A stretch of 64,000 bases of DNA from Limisphaerales bacterium (GTDB lineage Bacteria > Verrucomicrobiota > Verrucomicrobiia > Limisphaerales > UBA11358). The notes beneath the pieces are model-generated. The model was not told the origin of the DNA, did not search any database, and saw nothing but the letters and a program-made list of their open reading frames with translations. The stretch covers positions 9,771 through 73,770 of the forward strand of contig PMOA01000100.1 of assembly GCA_003161635.1 (NCBI GenBank), in the 5' to 3' direction. Made by a program: the position numbers and the translations under genes. This document shows positions 8,593-16,685 of this stretch, piece after piece; position 1 is the stretch's first letter, and every line of letters begins with the position of its first letter.

Positions 8593-9084
8593 ATGGAAAT
8601 ATCCTCCAATACCGGAGACGATAAATTTTACGAGGAGGTTGCGCGTGAGTTACAGGAAAAACCAATGGTTCCCGGACTCTGGACAAAAGCTTATGCCGAA
8701 ATGGGCGGTGACGATGCCAAAGCTCGTGCGCTATACATAAAATATCGCGTCGCTCAATTGTCAGAGGCTAGTCGGCAGCAACTTGAAGAAGCCCAGCTTG
8801 CAAAGCACCAACAAGAAAAACAACGACGAGATGCAATCGAGACAGCAAAATGGCAGGCGCGATCAACTTCACACCGGGTAGCTCATACCTTTCTCTTTAT
8901 CATCTGTTTACTGTTAGTCCTCCTCTTTGGCCTCACCGGCGTTTGTGTCATTTTTCTCCCATTCACCGAAGGTTCGAATTCTGGCGATTCTTTAGCTGGA
9001 GTAATCGGAGGCGCAATTTTTTCATTGTTAATTGCCTTTTGTTTCGGTTTAGCCACGAAACATTGCTATAAAGAAATGCAGTGA
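8593..9084 (+). CDS. membrane protein with N-terminal GLWTKAxAExxGDxxKAxAxYIKxRV motif, coiled coil and two C-terminal TM helices
   Basis: ORF 8569-9084; I prefer ATG 8593 (MEISSN). The N-terminal motif recurs in many uncharacterised bacterial proteins in my recollection. The TM helices are FLFIICLLLVLLFGLTGVCVIFL and VIGGAIFSLLIAFCFGL. Confidence 0.45.
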   Translation: MEISSNTGDDKFYEEVARELQEKPMVPGLWTKAYAEMGGDDAKARALYIKYRVAQLSEASRQQLEEAQLAKHQQEKQRRDAIETAKWQARSTSHRVAHTFLFIICLLLVLLFGLTGVCVIFLPFTEGSNSGDSLAGVIGGAIFSLLIAFCFGLATKHCYKEMQ

Positions 9085-9099
9085 CACCTGCGTCAGTTT

Positions 9100-12096
9100 T
9101 TATACCTTTTGTTTTACCGCTTCAACGCAACGGCCACAAATCGTCGGATGCTCTGGATTTTTTCCAATGTCTGTTTCCCAATGCCAGCACCGCTCGCACT
9201 TCTGGCCGTCGGCTTTGGAAACTGAATGTGAAATTGGTCCGCCAACTTTCATTTTCAATTCCGAAACATTCAAAAGCTCACGCAATAAATCTCGATCAGA
9301 AAATTGGTTTTGAACCTGCGGAATGACGATTTCGACTTTTGCTTCCAGAGCTTTGCCAATGGTTTTGGCTTGGCGTGCCTTCTCCAATTCCGGCAAAAGT
9401 GTTTCGCGCCACAGTTTGAGCCAGTCCCATGTCCCGATTTCATCAGGGTCTAATGTGAAGGTGCTTTGTTTGAATTCACTTTCGTGAACCGAACTTGTTT
9501 TCTTCCCCGGCACAAACTCCCATGCTTCATCCGTCGTGAAGGCCAGAATCGGCGCGAGCATCTGGCACAGGCTGGTCACCAGCCGGTGCAGCGCGGTCTG
9601 GGTCGAGCGGCGGCGATGTGAATTGGCCGGGTCGGTGTAAAGCCGGTCTTTGATGACGTCGTGGTAGATCGAGGACAGCTCCACGGCCACAAACTGGCTG
9701 ACTTTTTGATAAACGACGTGGAATTCGTAGTCGTCGTAGGCCTTGATGACTTCCTGCTCCAGTTTCGAGAATTCGCCAAGAATCCAACGATCGAGGCCAG
9801 TCAGGTCGTCGTCTCTGACTTTATGCTTCGCCGGATCGAAGTCGTAAAGGTTCGAAAGCTGGTAGCGCAGGGCGTTGCGGATGCCGCGGTAGGTCTCCGC
9901 CACCTTGGTGATGCGTTCCTCGCTTACGATGATGTCGTTGCGGTAATCCTGCGACGCGACCCACAGGCGGACGATGTCCGCGCCGTGTTTCTTCACGTAA
10001 GCCTCGGCGGTCTGCGGTTTTTCGTAACCGCCCTGACTTTGTTTGCTCTTGGAAATTTTCTCGCGGTCGGCGTCCACCATGAAGCCGTGGGTGAGCACGG
10101 TCTTGAACGGCGCTGCGCCGTTGCCGGCCAGCGAAAGCAACAGCGATGATTGAAACCAGCCGCGATGCTGGTCAGAGCCTTCGAGATAGACGTCCGCTTG
10201 CCATTTTTCGGTAGGGCCGCGCTGCTGCGCGGCCTCGGATGTCTGGGACGAGCAGCAGCTCGTCCCTACCAAATGTTGCAATTCGCTTCGCCGCATCAAC
10301 ACCGTGCGCGAGGACGAACCGGAATCAATCCACACGTCGAGCGTGTCGTTGGACTTGTTAACGGCTTCCGCGCCTTTCCAATCCTTCGGCTTCACGAGCG
10401 ACCAAAGTTCGGCGGCGGATTTTTCGAACCACACGTTCGAACCGTGTTTTTCAATCAGGTCGGCGGTATTGCGGACGATTTGGGCATCGAGGATCGGCTC
10501 GCCTTTCGCGTCGTAAAACGCCGGAATCGGCACGCCCCAAGTGCGTTGGCGCGAGATGCACCAGTCGGGACGGGTTTGCACCGCGCTTTTGATGCGGTTG
10601 ACGCCCCAGTCCGGCACCCATTTGACGCGGTCAATTTCGGCGAGAGCGGCGGCGCGGAAGGTAGGGCCGCGCTGCTGCGCGGCCTCGGATGTTTGGGACG
10701 AGCGGCAACTCGTCCCTACCACGTGATCAATGCGAATAAACCACTGGTCCATCGCCCGGAAAATGACGGGCGTCTTGCTGCGCCAGCAATGCGGATAGCT
10801 GTGGTGATAATTCTCCTGGTGCAGCAGCGCCTTGCAAACGCGCAGTTCGTGCAGGACCGCTTCGTTGGCGTCACTTTTGCCGTGTTTCTCGAGAATGGAT
10901 TTGCCAACCATCCCGGCCGGCATCTGTTGCTCGATGGGCAAATCGCTCGTGTGCGCGAAACGACCGTCGTCGTCCACTGGCGAGTAAATCGGCAAACCGT
11001 TTTGCGAGCCGAGGCCGTAGTCTTCGAGACCGTGTCCCGGTGCGATGTGAACGAACCCGGTGCCGGTGTCGCTGGTGACGAACCCGGCAGAATAGAGCTT
11101 GCCGGTGCGATTGCAAAACGGGTGCTGAAACTGCAATGCGGCAAGCTTTTCGGTTGGGAACGGTTGTTCGCTGTAATTGCTCCAGCCGCACTTCTCCGCA
11201 ATGGCAGGCAGCAAACCGCGGAACAAAATGTATTTTTCGCCGCCGACTTCGACCTGGACGTATTGGAATTTGCTGTTGTAAGCAACGGCGAGGTTGGCGG
11301 GCAGCGTCCACGGTGTCGTCGTCCAAATCAGCACAAACGTGTCCGGCTGGCCGACGATGGGGAACTTCACGAAAATGCTCTGGCTGACATGGTCCTGGTA
11401 TTCGACCTCAGCTTCGGCGAGCGCGGTGCGGCAAGGGATGCTCCAATAGACCGGTTTTTTGCCGCGATAAACAAAGCCTTTCCCGACGATGTCCGCGAAC
11501 AGGCGCAGTTCGTCGGCTTCGTATTCCTTGTTCAGCGTGAGATACGGATTATCCCAGTCGCCGAGGACGCCAAGTCGTTTGAATTGCGTGCGCTGGATAT
11601 CAATGTATTTGCGGGCGTAGGCTTCGCAGGCTTTGCGGATGGTGGCGGCGCTTTCCGAAGGTGCTTCCGGCATCTTGCCGGAAGATCCAATTTCATTTGG
11701 ATTGCCAGTACTAGTTGAGGAAGATGGATCTGCCGGCGGGACGCCGGCAGCACGTTGCTTGCGCATCTCCTGAGAAACCTTGAATTCGATGGGCAATCCA
11801 TGGCAATCCCAGCCCGGCACATACGGCGCGCTGAAACCCCGGAGGGTTTTATATTTGATGATGATGTCCTTGAGAATCTTGTTCAGCGCCGTGCCGATGT
11901 GGACGTCGCCGTTGGCAAAGGGCGGGCCGTCGTGCAGGATAAATTTTTCCGCGTTTGCGCGCGCCGCCTGAATTTTTGTGTATAGCCCGGTTTCCTGCCA
12001 TTTTTTGAGCCGTTCCGGTTCCCGCGCGACGAGGTCGGCTTTCATGGGAAAGCCGGTTCGCGGCAGGTTGAGCGTGTTTTTGTAGTCCGTCGCCAT
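9100..12096 (-). CDS. ileS: isoleucine--tRNA ligase (type 1, C-terminal Zn finger) carrying in-frame repeat insertions
   Basis: ORF 9100-12096, 998 aa. Motifs: PPFANGDVHIGTALNK (HIGH), WTTTPWTLPAN, YPHCWR, PDWCISRQRTWGVPIP, YLEGSDQHRGWFQSSL, KISKSK (KMSKS), CERCWHW...CGRC. Confidence 0.97.
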   Translation of the reverse strand: MATDYKNTLNLPRTGFPMKADLVAREPERLKKWQETGLYTKIQAARANAEKFILHDGPPFANGDVHIGTALNKILKDIIIKYKTLRGFSAPYVPGWDCHGLPIEFKVSQEMRKQRAAGVPPADPSSSTSTGNPNEIGSSGKMPEAPSESAATIRKACEAYARKYIDIQRTQFKRLGVLGDWDNPYLTLNKEYEADELRLFADIVGKGFVYRGKKPVYWSIPCRTALAEAEVEYQDHVSQSIFVKFPIVGQPDTFVLIWTTTPWTLPANLAVAYNSKFQYVQVEVGGEKYILFRGLLPAIAEKCGWSNYSEQPFPTEKLAALQFQHPFCNRTGKLYSAGFVTSDTGTGFVHIAPGHGLEDYGLGSQNGLPIYSPVDDDGRFAHTSDLPIEQQMPAGMVGKSILEKHGKSDANEAVLHELRVCKALLHQENYHHSYPHCWRSKTPVIFRAMDQWFIRIDHVVGTSCRSSQTSEAAQQRGPTFRAAALAEIDRVKWVPDWGVNRIKSAVQTRPDWCISRQRTWGVPIPAFYDAKGEPILDAQIVRNTADLIEKHGSNVWFEKSAAELWSLVKPKDWKGAEAVNKSNDTLDVWIDSGSSSRTVLMRRSELQHLVGTSCCSSQTSEAAQQRGPTEKWQADVYLEGSDQHRGWFQSSLLLSLAGNGAAPFKTVLTHGFMVDADREKISKSKQSQGGYEKPQTAEAYVKKHGADIVRLWVASQDYRNDIIVSEERITKVAETYRGIRNALRYQLSNLYDFDPAKHKVRDDDLTGLDRWILGEFSKLEQEVIKAYDDYEFHVVYQKVSQFVAVELSSIYHDVIKDRLYTDPANSHRRRSTQTALHRLVTSLCQMLAPILAFTTDEAWEFVPGKKTSSVHESEFKQSTFTLDPDEIGTWDWLKLWRETLLPELEKARQAKTIGKALEAKVEIVIPQVQNQFSDRDLLRELLNVSELKMKVGGPISHSVSKADGQKCERCWHWETDIGKNPEHPTICGRCVEAVKQKV
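10210..10270 (+). repeat. family-A double-hairpin palindromic element, in-frame inside ileS (copy 1)
   Basis: Sequence GGTAGGG-CCGCG-CTGCTG-CGCGGCC-TCGGATGTCTG-GGACGAG-CAGCAG-CTCGTCC-CTACC. On the minus strand it reads VGTSCCSSQTSEAAQQRGPT (20 codons). Confidence 0.9.
10660..10720 (+). repeat. family-A double-hairpin palindromic element, in-frame inside ileS (copy 2)
   Basis: Same ends and both hairpins as copy 1; the loop of hairpin 2 is CGGCAA. On the minus strand it reads VGTSCRSSQTSEAAQQRGPT. Confidence 0.9.
11664..11750. repeat. hairpin-rich 87-nt segment inside ileS (candidate third in-frame insertion)
   Basis: Two perfect 9-bp hairpins: CTTCCGGCA-tct-TGCCGGAAG (11664-11684) and CTGCCGGCG-gga-CGCCGGCAG (11730-11750). 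They flank ATCCAA-tttcat-TTGGAT (11685-11702). The segment encodes low-complexity AAGVPPADPSSSTSTGNPNEIGSSGKMPEAP. Confidence 0.55.
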
Positions 12097-12191
12097 TTTT
12101 CGGAGCGCGAACGGTAACAGCGGCGAAAAGCGGTGTCAACGAACGCAGGGAGTTTGAAATTTGCCAGACACATCAAATTGGGGAAGAAAAA

Positions 12192-12228
12192 CCGGGTCAA
12201 TCAGTCAGAGGATGACCGAGAGACCCGG
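12192..12228 (-). promoter_or_regulatory. terminator-like hairpin plus U-tract in the ileS 5' leader (candidate attenuator)
   Basis: CCGGGTC (12192-12198) pairs with GACCCGG (12222-12228). On the minus strand the hairpin is followed by TTTTTCTTCCCC, about 95 nt upstream of the ileS ATG (12096). An alternative pairing GGTCA/TGACC is possible. No minus-strand gene lies upstream that it could terminate. Confidence 0.3.
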
Positions 12229-12388
12229 GGAATTTTGATGAGTACAACGTAAGCTCATGTAGAAATCTCGAATCTGAGTTTGTACCGGAACCCAGATCGA
12301 AAACTGTTAAAATCAAAGAGCGCCTTATAACCGCCTTGCACTGGAGTCAATTAATCACAATTGCTAATTTTTGTCAAACATGGTTTGA

Positions 12389-12895
<507 letters not shown>

Positions 12896-13284
12896 ATCAA
12901 ATATTGCGCGTCAGAAAACAACGGAAAGCAAGGGAAACCTTGATTTAACCCCCTGTGAATAACTCGTGAACAAAAGTTAATATGTTATCCTAGATACTTT
13001 CGTTCCAATTGCATAAAAAGCTCCTGTTAATTGAAGTTGTTTGGGGCGTCTTATCATTTTTACCAGACATGTGATGGTGATGTGGATTTTGTTTTTCGTA
13101 AGATGTTGATAACAAGCAGTTTGTTTCGATTGAAAAATAAAGCTTTTGGCGGTAGAGTTGAATGCATGTCTGCTTTCTCAGGGTCATGGCTCTTTGCCAA
13201 CGCGAATATCGGTGAAAACCGGCAGCCAATCCCAAGTTGGGGGCTAGGTGAATAAACCACTTTAAAAACGGGCTTTTTGACAAA
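12896..13284. other. candidate chromosomal replication origin (oriC) upstream of dnaA
   Basis: This 389-bp non-coding stretch is visibly AT-rich. It carries DnaA-box-like 9-mers: TGTGAATAA 12954-12962 (8/9 to TGTGGATAA), TTATCCTAG 12985-12993 (7/9), TGTGGATTT 13081-13089 (7/9) and TGTTGATAA 13104-13112 (8/9). It also has A/T runs (TTGAAAAATAAAGCTTTT). Confidence 0.5.
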
Positions 13285-14649
13285 GTGCAAACACAAATTT
13301 CGGCTGAAAAAATTTGGAATTCTGCGCGGGAACATCTCCGTTCCAAGCTGAATAACGAAACCTACAACATGTGGTTCGCGCCGCTGCGAGCCTGCGCGAT
13401 TGACGGCAACAACGTGACACTGGAGGCGGCCAACGAATTCAGCGGAGTCTGGCTCAAGGACAATTACCTCAGCCTGTTGCAGGATGCCTTTGCCGTCGCC
13501 GCCGGTCGCCAATTGCAGGTCAAATTCAAAATTGCCACGGGAAATGCGCCGGCTCCGTCCGCATCCGCACCAGCGTCGGTCAAAACAAAAGCTCCCGAAT
13601 CCGCTCACGAGCGCCAAGCCAACAGCGATCTGCATTTCAATCCTAAAAACACCTTTGAATCATTCGTCGTCGGCAACAACAATAATTTTGCCTATGCCGC
13701 CGCGCTCGCCGTCGCCCAGGCGCCCGGCAAATCCTACAACCCGCTTTTTCTTTACGGCGGCGTCGGACTCGGCAAGACACATTTGCTTCACGCCATTGGC
13801 CAGCACGTTTCGGGAAACAAAAAGGGCGCGCGCGTCGCCTACCTTTCATCCGAGAAATTCACGAACGAATACATTGACGGAATCCAAAACAACCAGCTTG
13901 CCAAATTCCGCAAAAAATACCGCCAGACCGATGTGTTGTTGATTGACGACATTCAATTTCTCGCCGGCAAGGAACGCATCCAGGAGGAATTTTTCCACAC
14001 CTTCAACGCGCTGCATGAGTCGCACAAGCAGATCGTGCTCACGTGCGACCGGCCGGCCAGCGAAATTCAGGGGCTCGAACACCGCCTCGTCTCGCGGTTC
14101 GAATGGGGTCTGGTCACCGACCTTCAACCGCCGGACGTTGAAATGCGCCTGGCCATTCTCCAAAAGAAGGCGCAGATCATGGGCGTGACGCTGTCGGACG
14201 ACATCATGAATTTCCTGGCCAATCGCATCCGCACCAACGTCCGCCGGCTTGAAGGCGCGCTCATCCGCGTGGTGTCCTACGCCTCGCTCACCGGCAAGAA
14301 ACTCACCATCGAAGTCGTCGAAGGCTTGCTGCGTGAAATTCTTCACGAAGAAGGCCGTTTTTCCGTCAACATCGAAGTTATTCAGAAGAAGGTCGCGGAA
14401 CATTTTGACATTCGCCTTGCCGACATGACCAGCAAGCGCCGCCCGGAAAACATCGCCTTCCCGCGCCAGATCGCCATGTATCTTTCGCGCCAGATGACTG
14501 AAAGTTCGCTTAATACCATCGGCGAAGCCTACGGCGGACGCGATCACGGCACGGTGCTGCACGCCTGCCGCCTTGTCAAAGACCGCATGGAAGTGGACGC
14601 CAATGTCCGCCAGGTCGTCCATTATCTGGAAAAGCAGTTGATGCGCTAA
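13285..14649 (+). CDS. dnaA: chromosomal replication initiator protein DnaA
   Basis: ORF 13285-14649 with a GTG start. Motifs: NPLFLYGGVGLGKTHLLHAIG (Walker A), LLIDDIQFLAGKERIQEEFFHTFNAL, LTCDRPP-like, RIRTNVRRLEGAL and the C-terminal DNA-binding block PRQIAMYLSRQMT..S...IG..YGGRDHGTVLHA. Confidence 0.97.
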   Translation: MQTQISAEKIWNSAREHLRSKLNNETYNMWFAPLRACAIDGNNVTLEAANEFSGVWLKDNYLSLLQDAFAVAAGRQLQVKFKIATGNAPAPSASAPASVKTKAPESAHERQANSDLHFNPKNTFESFVVGNNNNFAYAAALAVAQAPGKSYNPLFLYGGVGLGKTHLLHAIGQHVSGNKKGARVAYLSSEKFTNEYIDGIQNNQLAKFRKKYRQTDVLLIDDIQFLAGKERIQEEFFHTFNALHESHKQIVLTCDRPASEIQGLEHRLVSRFEWGLVTDLQPPDVEMRLAILQKKAQIMGVTLSDDIMNFLANRIRTNVRRLEGALIRVVSYASLTGKKLTIEVVEGLLREILHEEGRFSVNIEVIQKKVAEHFDIRLADMTSKRRPENIAFPRQIAMYLSRQMTESSLNTIGEAYGGRDHGTVLHACRLVKDRMEVDANVRQVVHYLEKQLMR

Positions 14650-14653
14650 ACTT

Positions 14654-14700
14654 GATTGCGAATTAAATCCGCAGTCGGCAATCTGCAATTCGCAATCGTT
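14654..14700. repeat. 11-bp perfect inverted repeat plus five tandem AATCYGC-type heptamers between dnaA and the ABC gene
   Basis: GATTGCGAATT (14654-14664) and AATTCGCAATC (14687-14697) form the inverted repeat. The heptamers AATCCGC AGTCGGC AATCTGC AATTCGC AATCGTT run from 14666 to 14700. The segment may act as the dnaA terminator hairpin, but the U-tract is weak. Confidence 0.6.
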
Positions 14701-14701
14701 T

Positions 14702-15679
14702 ATGGCCGTCATTGAAGTCAGCGGTCTCACCAAGACCTTTCGCACCTACAAAAAGCAGCCGGGGTTTGGCGGCGCAATCAAAGGGCTGTTTCATCGCCAA
14801 TACGAACAAACCATCGCCGTCAACGATGTGAGTTTCAAGATTGAACCCGGCGAACTCGTCGGTTTTCTCGGCCCGAACGGCGCGGGCAAGACCACCACGC
14901 TCAAGATGCTCGCCGGTCTGCTTTATCCCACCGGCGGCTCGGCACGCGTGCTCGGTTACGTCCCGTGGGAACGCGCCGACGGCTACCGCCGCCAGTTCGC
15001 GCTCGTGCTCGGCCAGAAAAACCAGCTTTGGTGGGATTTGCCCGCGCGTGAATCGCTCGAACTGAACGCTAAAATTTACGGCATTCCCGCCGACCGCTTC
15101 GAGCGCACCGTCACCGAAATGAGCGAAATGCTCAACGTCCGCGACAAGCTCAACATCAGTGTTCGCGAGCTTTCCCTCGGCGAGCGCATGAAGATGGAAT
15201 TGATCGCCTCGTTGCTGCACCAGCCCAAGGTGTTGTTCCTCGACGAACCGACCATTGGCCTCGACGTGGTTTCCCAAAAGATCGTCCGTGAATTCATCCT
15301 CCGCCACAACACCGGGCAAAAGACGACGATTTTGCTCACGAGCCATTACATGGCCGACATCCAGGCGCTTTGTGACCGTGTCATCATCATTGACCGCGGG
15401 AAAATTTTCTTCGACGGCAAGTTGAGCGAAATCGTGGATCGCTTCGCTGATTTCAAACTCGTCACCATTCAATGCGAAAAAGTGAACGATTATCCGGCGG
15501 AAAATCTGGCGTGCTACGGTGAAGTCGTTGAAAAAAACGCCGGCTCCATCAAGTTTAAGGTCAAACGCGACCGCGTCATCGCCGTCTGCAAATCGCTGCT
15601 CGATGATTTGCCGGTAAGTGACATTGACATTCAGGAAGTGCCCATCGAAGACGTGATCCGCCAGATTTTTGCGCGATAG
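14702..15679 (+). CDS. ABC transporter ATP-binding protein with ~90-aa C-terminal extension; no permease gene adjacent
   Basis: Motifs: GFLGPNGAGKTTTLKML (Walker A), LSLGERMKMELIASLL (signature), VLFLDEPTIGLD (Walker B), LLTSHYM (H-loop). Confidence 0.88.
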   Translation: MAVIEVSGLTKTFRTYKKQPGFGGAIKGLFHRQYEQTIAVNDVSFKIEPGELVGFLGPNGAGKTTTLKMLAGLLYPTGGSARVLGYVPWERADGYRRQFALVLGQKNQLWWDLPARESLELNAKIYGIPADRFERTVTEMSEMLNVRDKLNISVRELSLGERMKMELIASLLHQPKVLFLDEPTIGLDVVSQKIVREFILRHNTGQKTTILLTSHYMADIQALCDRVIIIDRGKIFFDGKLSEIVDRFADFKLVTIQCEKVNDYPAENLACYGEVVEKNAGSIKFKVKRDRVIAVCKSLLDDLPVSDIDIQEVPIEDVIRQIFAR

Positions 15680-15730
15680 GTAGGGCCGCGCTGCCGCGCG
15701 GCCTCGGACGACCAGCAGGTCGTCCCTATC
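15679..15730 (+). repeat. family-A double-hairpin element, intergenic copy abutting the ABC gene stop codon
   Basis: Sequence GGTAGGG-CCGCG-CTGCCG-CGCGGCC-TC-GGACGAC-CAGCAG-GTCGTCC-CTATC. Its first G is the last base of the TAG stop (15677-15679). The linker is shorter than in the ileS copies. Confidence 0.85.
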
Positions 15731-15765
15731 TTGTTATTCCTCCAAAAAGATGTTTCAATCCGCGT

Positions 15766-16203
15766 GTGGATGTTTTCCTGCAAGCGGCGATTGAGGAAGC
15801 CAAGAAAGGTTTGGCTGAAGGAGGAATTCCCATCGGTTCGGTGCTCGTGCTGGACGGCAAGATCATCGGGCGGGGCCACAACCAGCGGGTGCAACACGGC
15901 AGCGTCATTCACCACGCAGAAATGAACTGCCTCGAAAACACCGGACGGCTCAAGGCTTCGATTTACCAGCGCTGCATTCTTTATTCGACGCTTTCGCCGT
16001 GCCCGATGTGCAGCGGCGCGGCGTTGCTTTACAAAATCCCGCGTATCGTCATCGGCGAAAATATGACGTTCCAAGGCCCGGAAGCATACGTCCGCTCGCA
16101 AGGCGTGCAGGTGGAAGTGCTGCAAGACCCGGCGTGCATTCAGCTAATGAAGGATTTCATCGCCGCCAAGCCGGAACTTTGGAATGAAGATATTGGCGTG
16201 TGA
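15766..16203 (+). CDS. cytosine deaminase, CDA-fold (yeast FCY1-like)
   Basis: GTG start. HAEMNCLEN...LYSTLSPCPMCSGAALLYKIPRIVIGEN...F...PELWNEDIG. The H-A-E and PC..C zinc motifs are present, and the C-terminal tail closely resembles my recollection of yeast Fcy1. Confidence 0.8.
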   Translation: MDVFLQAAIEEAKKGLAEGGIPIGSVLVLDGKIIGRGHNQRVQHGSVIHHAEMNCLENTGRLKASIYQRCILYSTLSPCPMCSGAALLYKIPRIVIGENMTFQGPEAYVRSQGVQVEVLQDPACIQLMKDFIAAKPELWNEDIGV

Positions 16204-16248
16204 ACGCAGCGTTGCAATTGTGCAAACGGTTCAAGTATTCTCGCCTGA

Positions 16249-16683
16249 ATGAAATGTCCAAAGTGCAATGTTGATCTTCAAACCCAAAATGATCGTGGTG
16301 TAGAAGTCGAGGCTTGTCCGAATTGTCAGGGAATGTGGCTCACGCCTGCCGAATTGGATGAACTGGAAAATGAAGCTTTCAATAATGAGGCGAACAAAGG
16401 TTCACTTTATCTCGTCAGCCACGATACAGAACTTAAATGTCCGGTTTGCTCCGCACCGCTCAAACGATTCGATTATCGGTTCTTCGATTTGCAACTTGAT
16501 TGCTGCCCTGAACATGGTTTCTGGTTGGACAAAAACGAGGACAGTCAGATTTTGGAGTTGATGCAGGGCGAAGAAGCGCGAATTGAAAGAAAATTTGGAA
16601 CGGAAGATTCTTGGGCAAAATACATCAACCATTTGCGCTCGCCTTCGTTTTTCACAAAGGTCAAAGGTTTGTTTCACCGATAA
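16249..16683 (+). CDS. double zinc-ribbon (zf-TFIIB-like) protein, unknown function
   Basis: Two CPxC...CPxC(H)G.WL modules are present: CPKCNVDL...CPNCQGMWL and CPVCSAPL...CCPEHGFWLD. Confidence 0.6.
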   Translation: MKCPKCNVDLQTQNDRGVEVEACPNCQGMWLTPAELDELENEAFNNEANKGSLYLVSHDTELKCPVCSAPLKRFDYRFFDLQLDCCPEHGFWLDKNEDSQILELMQGEEARIERKFGTEDSWAKYINHLRSPSFFTKVKGLFHR

Positions 16684-16685
16684 GA

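Noticed and set aside
8971-8979. GGTTCGAAT, a tRNA T-loop-like motif.
   Set aside because: The flanking bases cannot form a T-stem, acceptor stem or anticodon arm. The motif also lies inside a plausible membrane-protein ORF.
10150-11718. Long ORFs lie antisense to strongly supported genes. Examples: 10150-11718 opposite ileS, 2078-3127 opposite the DHS-like gene, 13846-14745 opposite dnaA, 20962-21999 opposite the aminotransferase, 35866-36948 opposite TolC, 43115-44020 opposite opgH, 47711-49168 opposite accC, 57245-58732 opposite GH43-LamG and 60983-62488 opposite GH51.
   Set aside because: Each mirrors a gene with unmistakable family motifs on the other strand. Their translations are Arg/Gly/Ala/His-rich and low-complexity, with no motifs. 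This is the usual stop-codon-poor antisense frame of GC-rich coding DNA.
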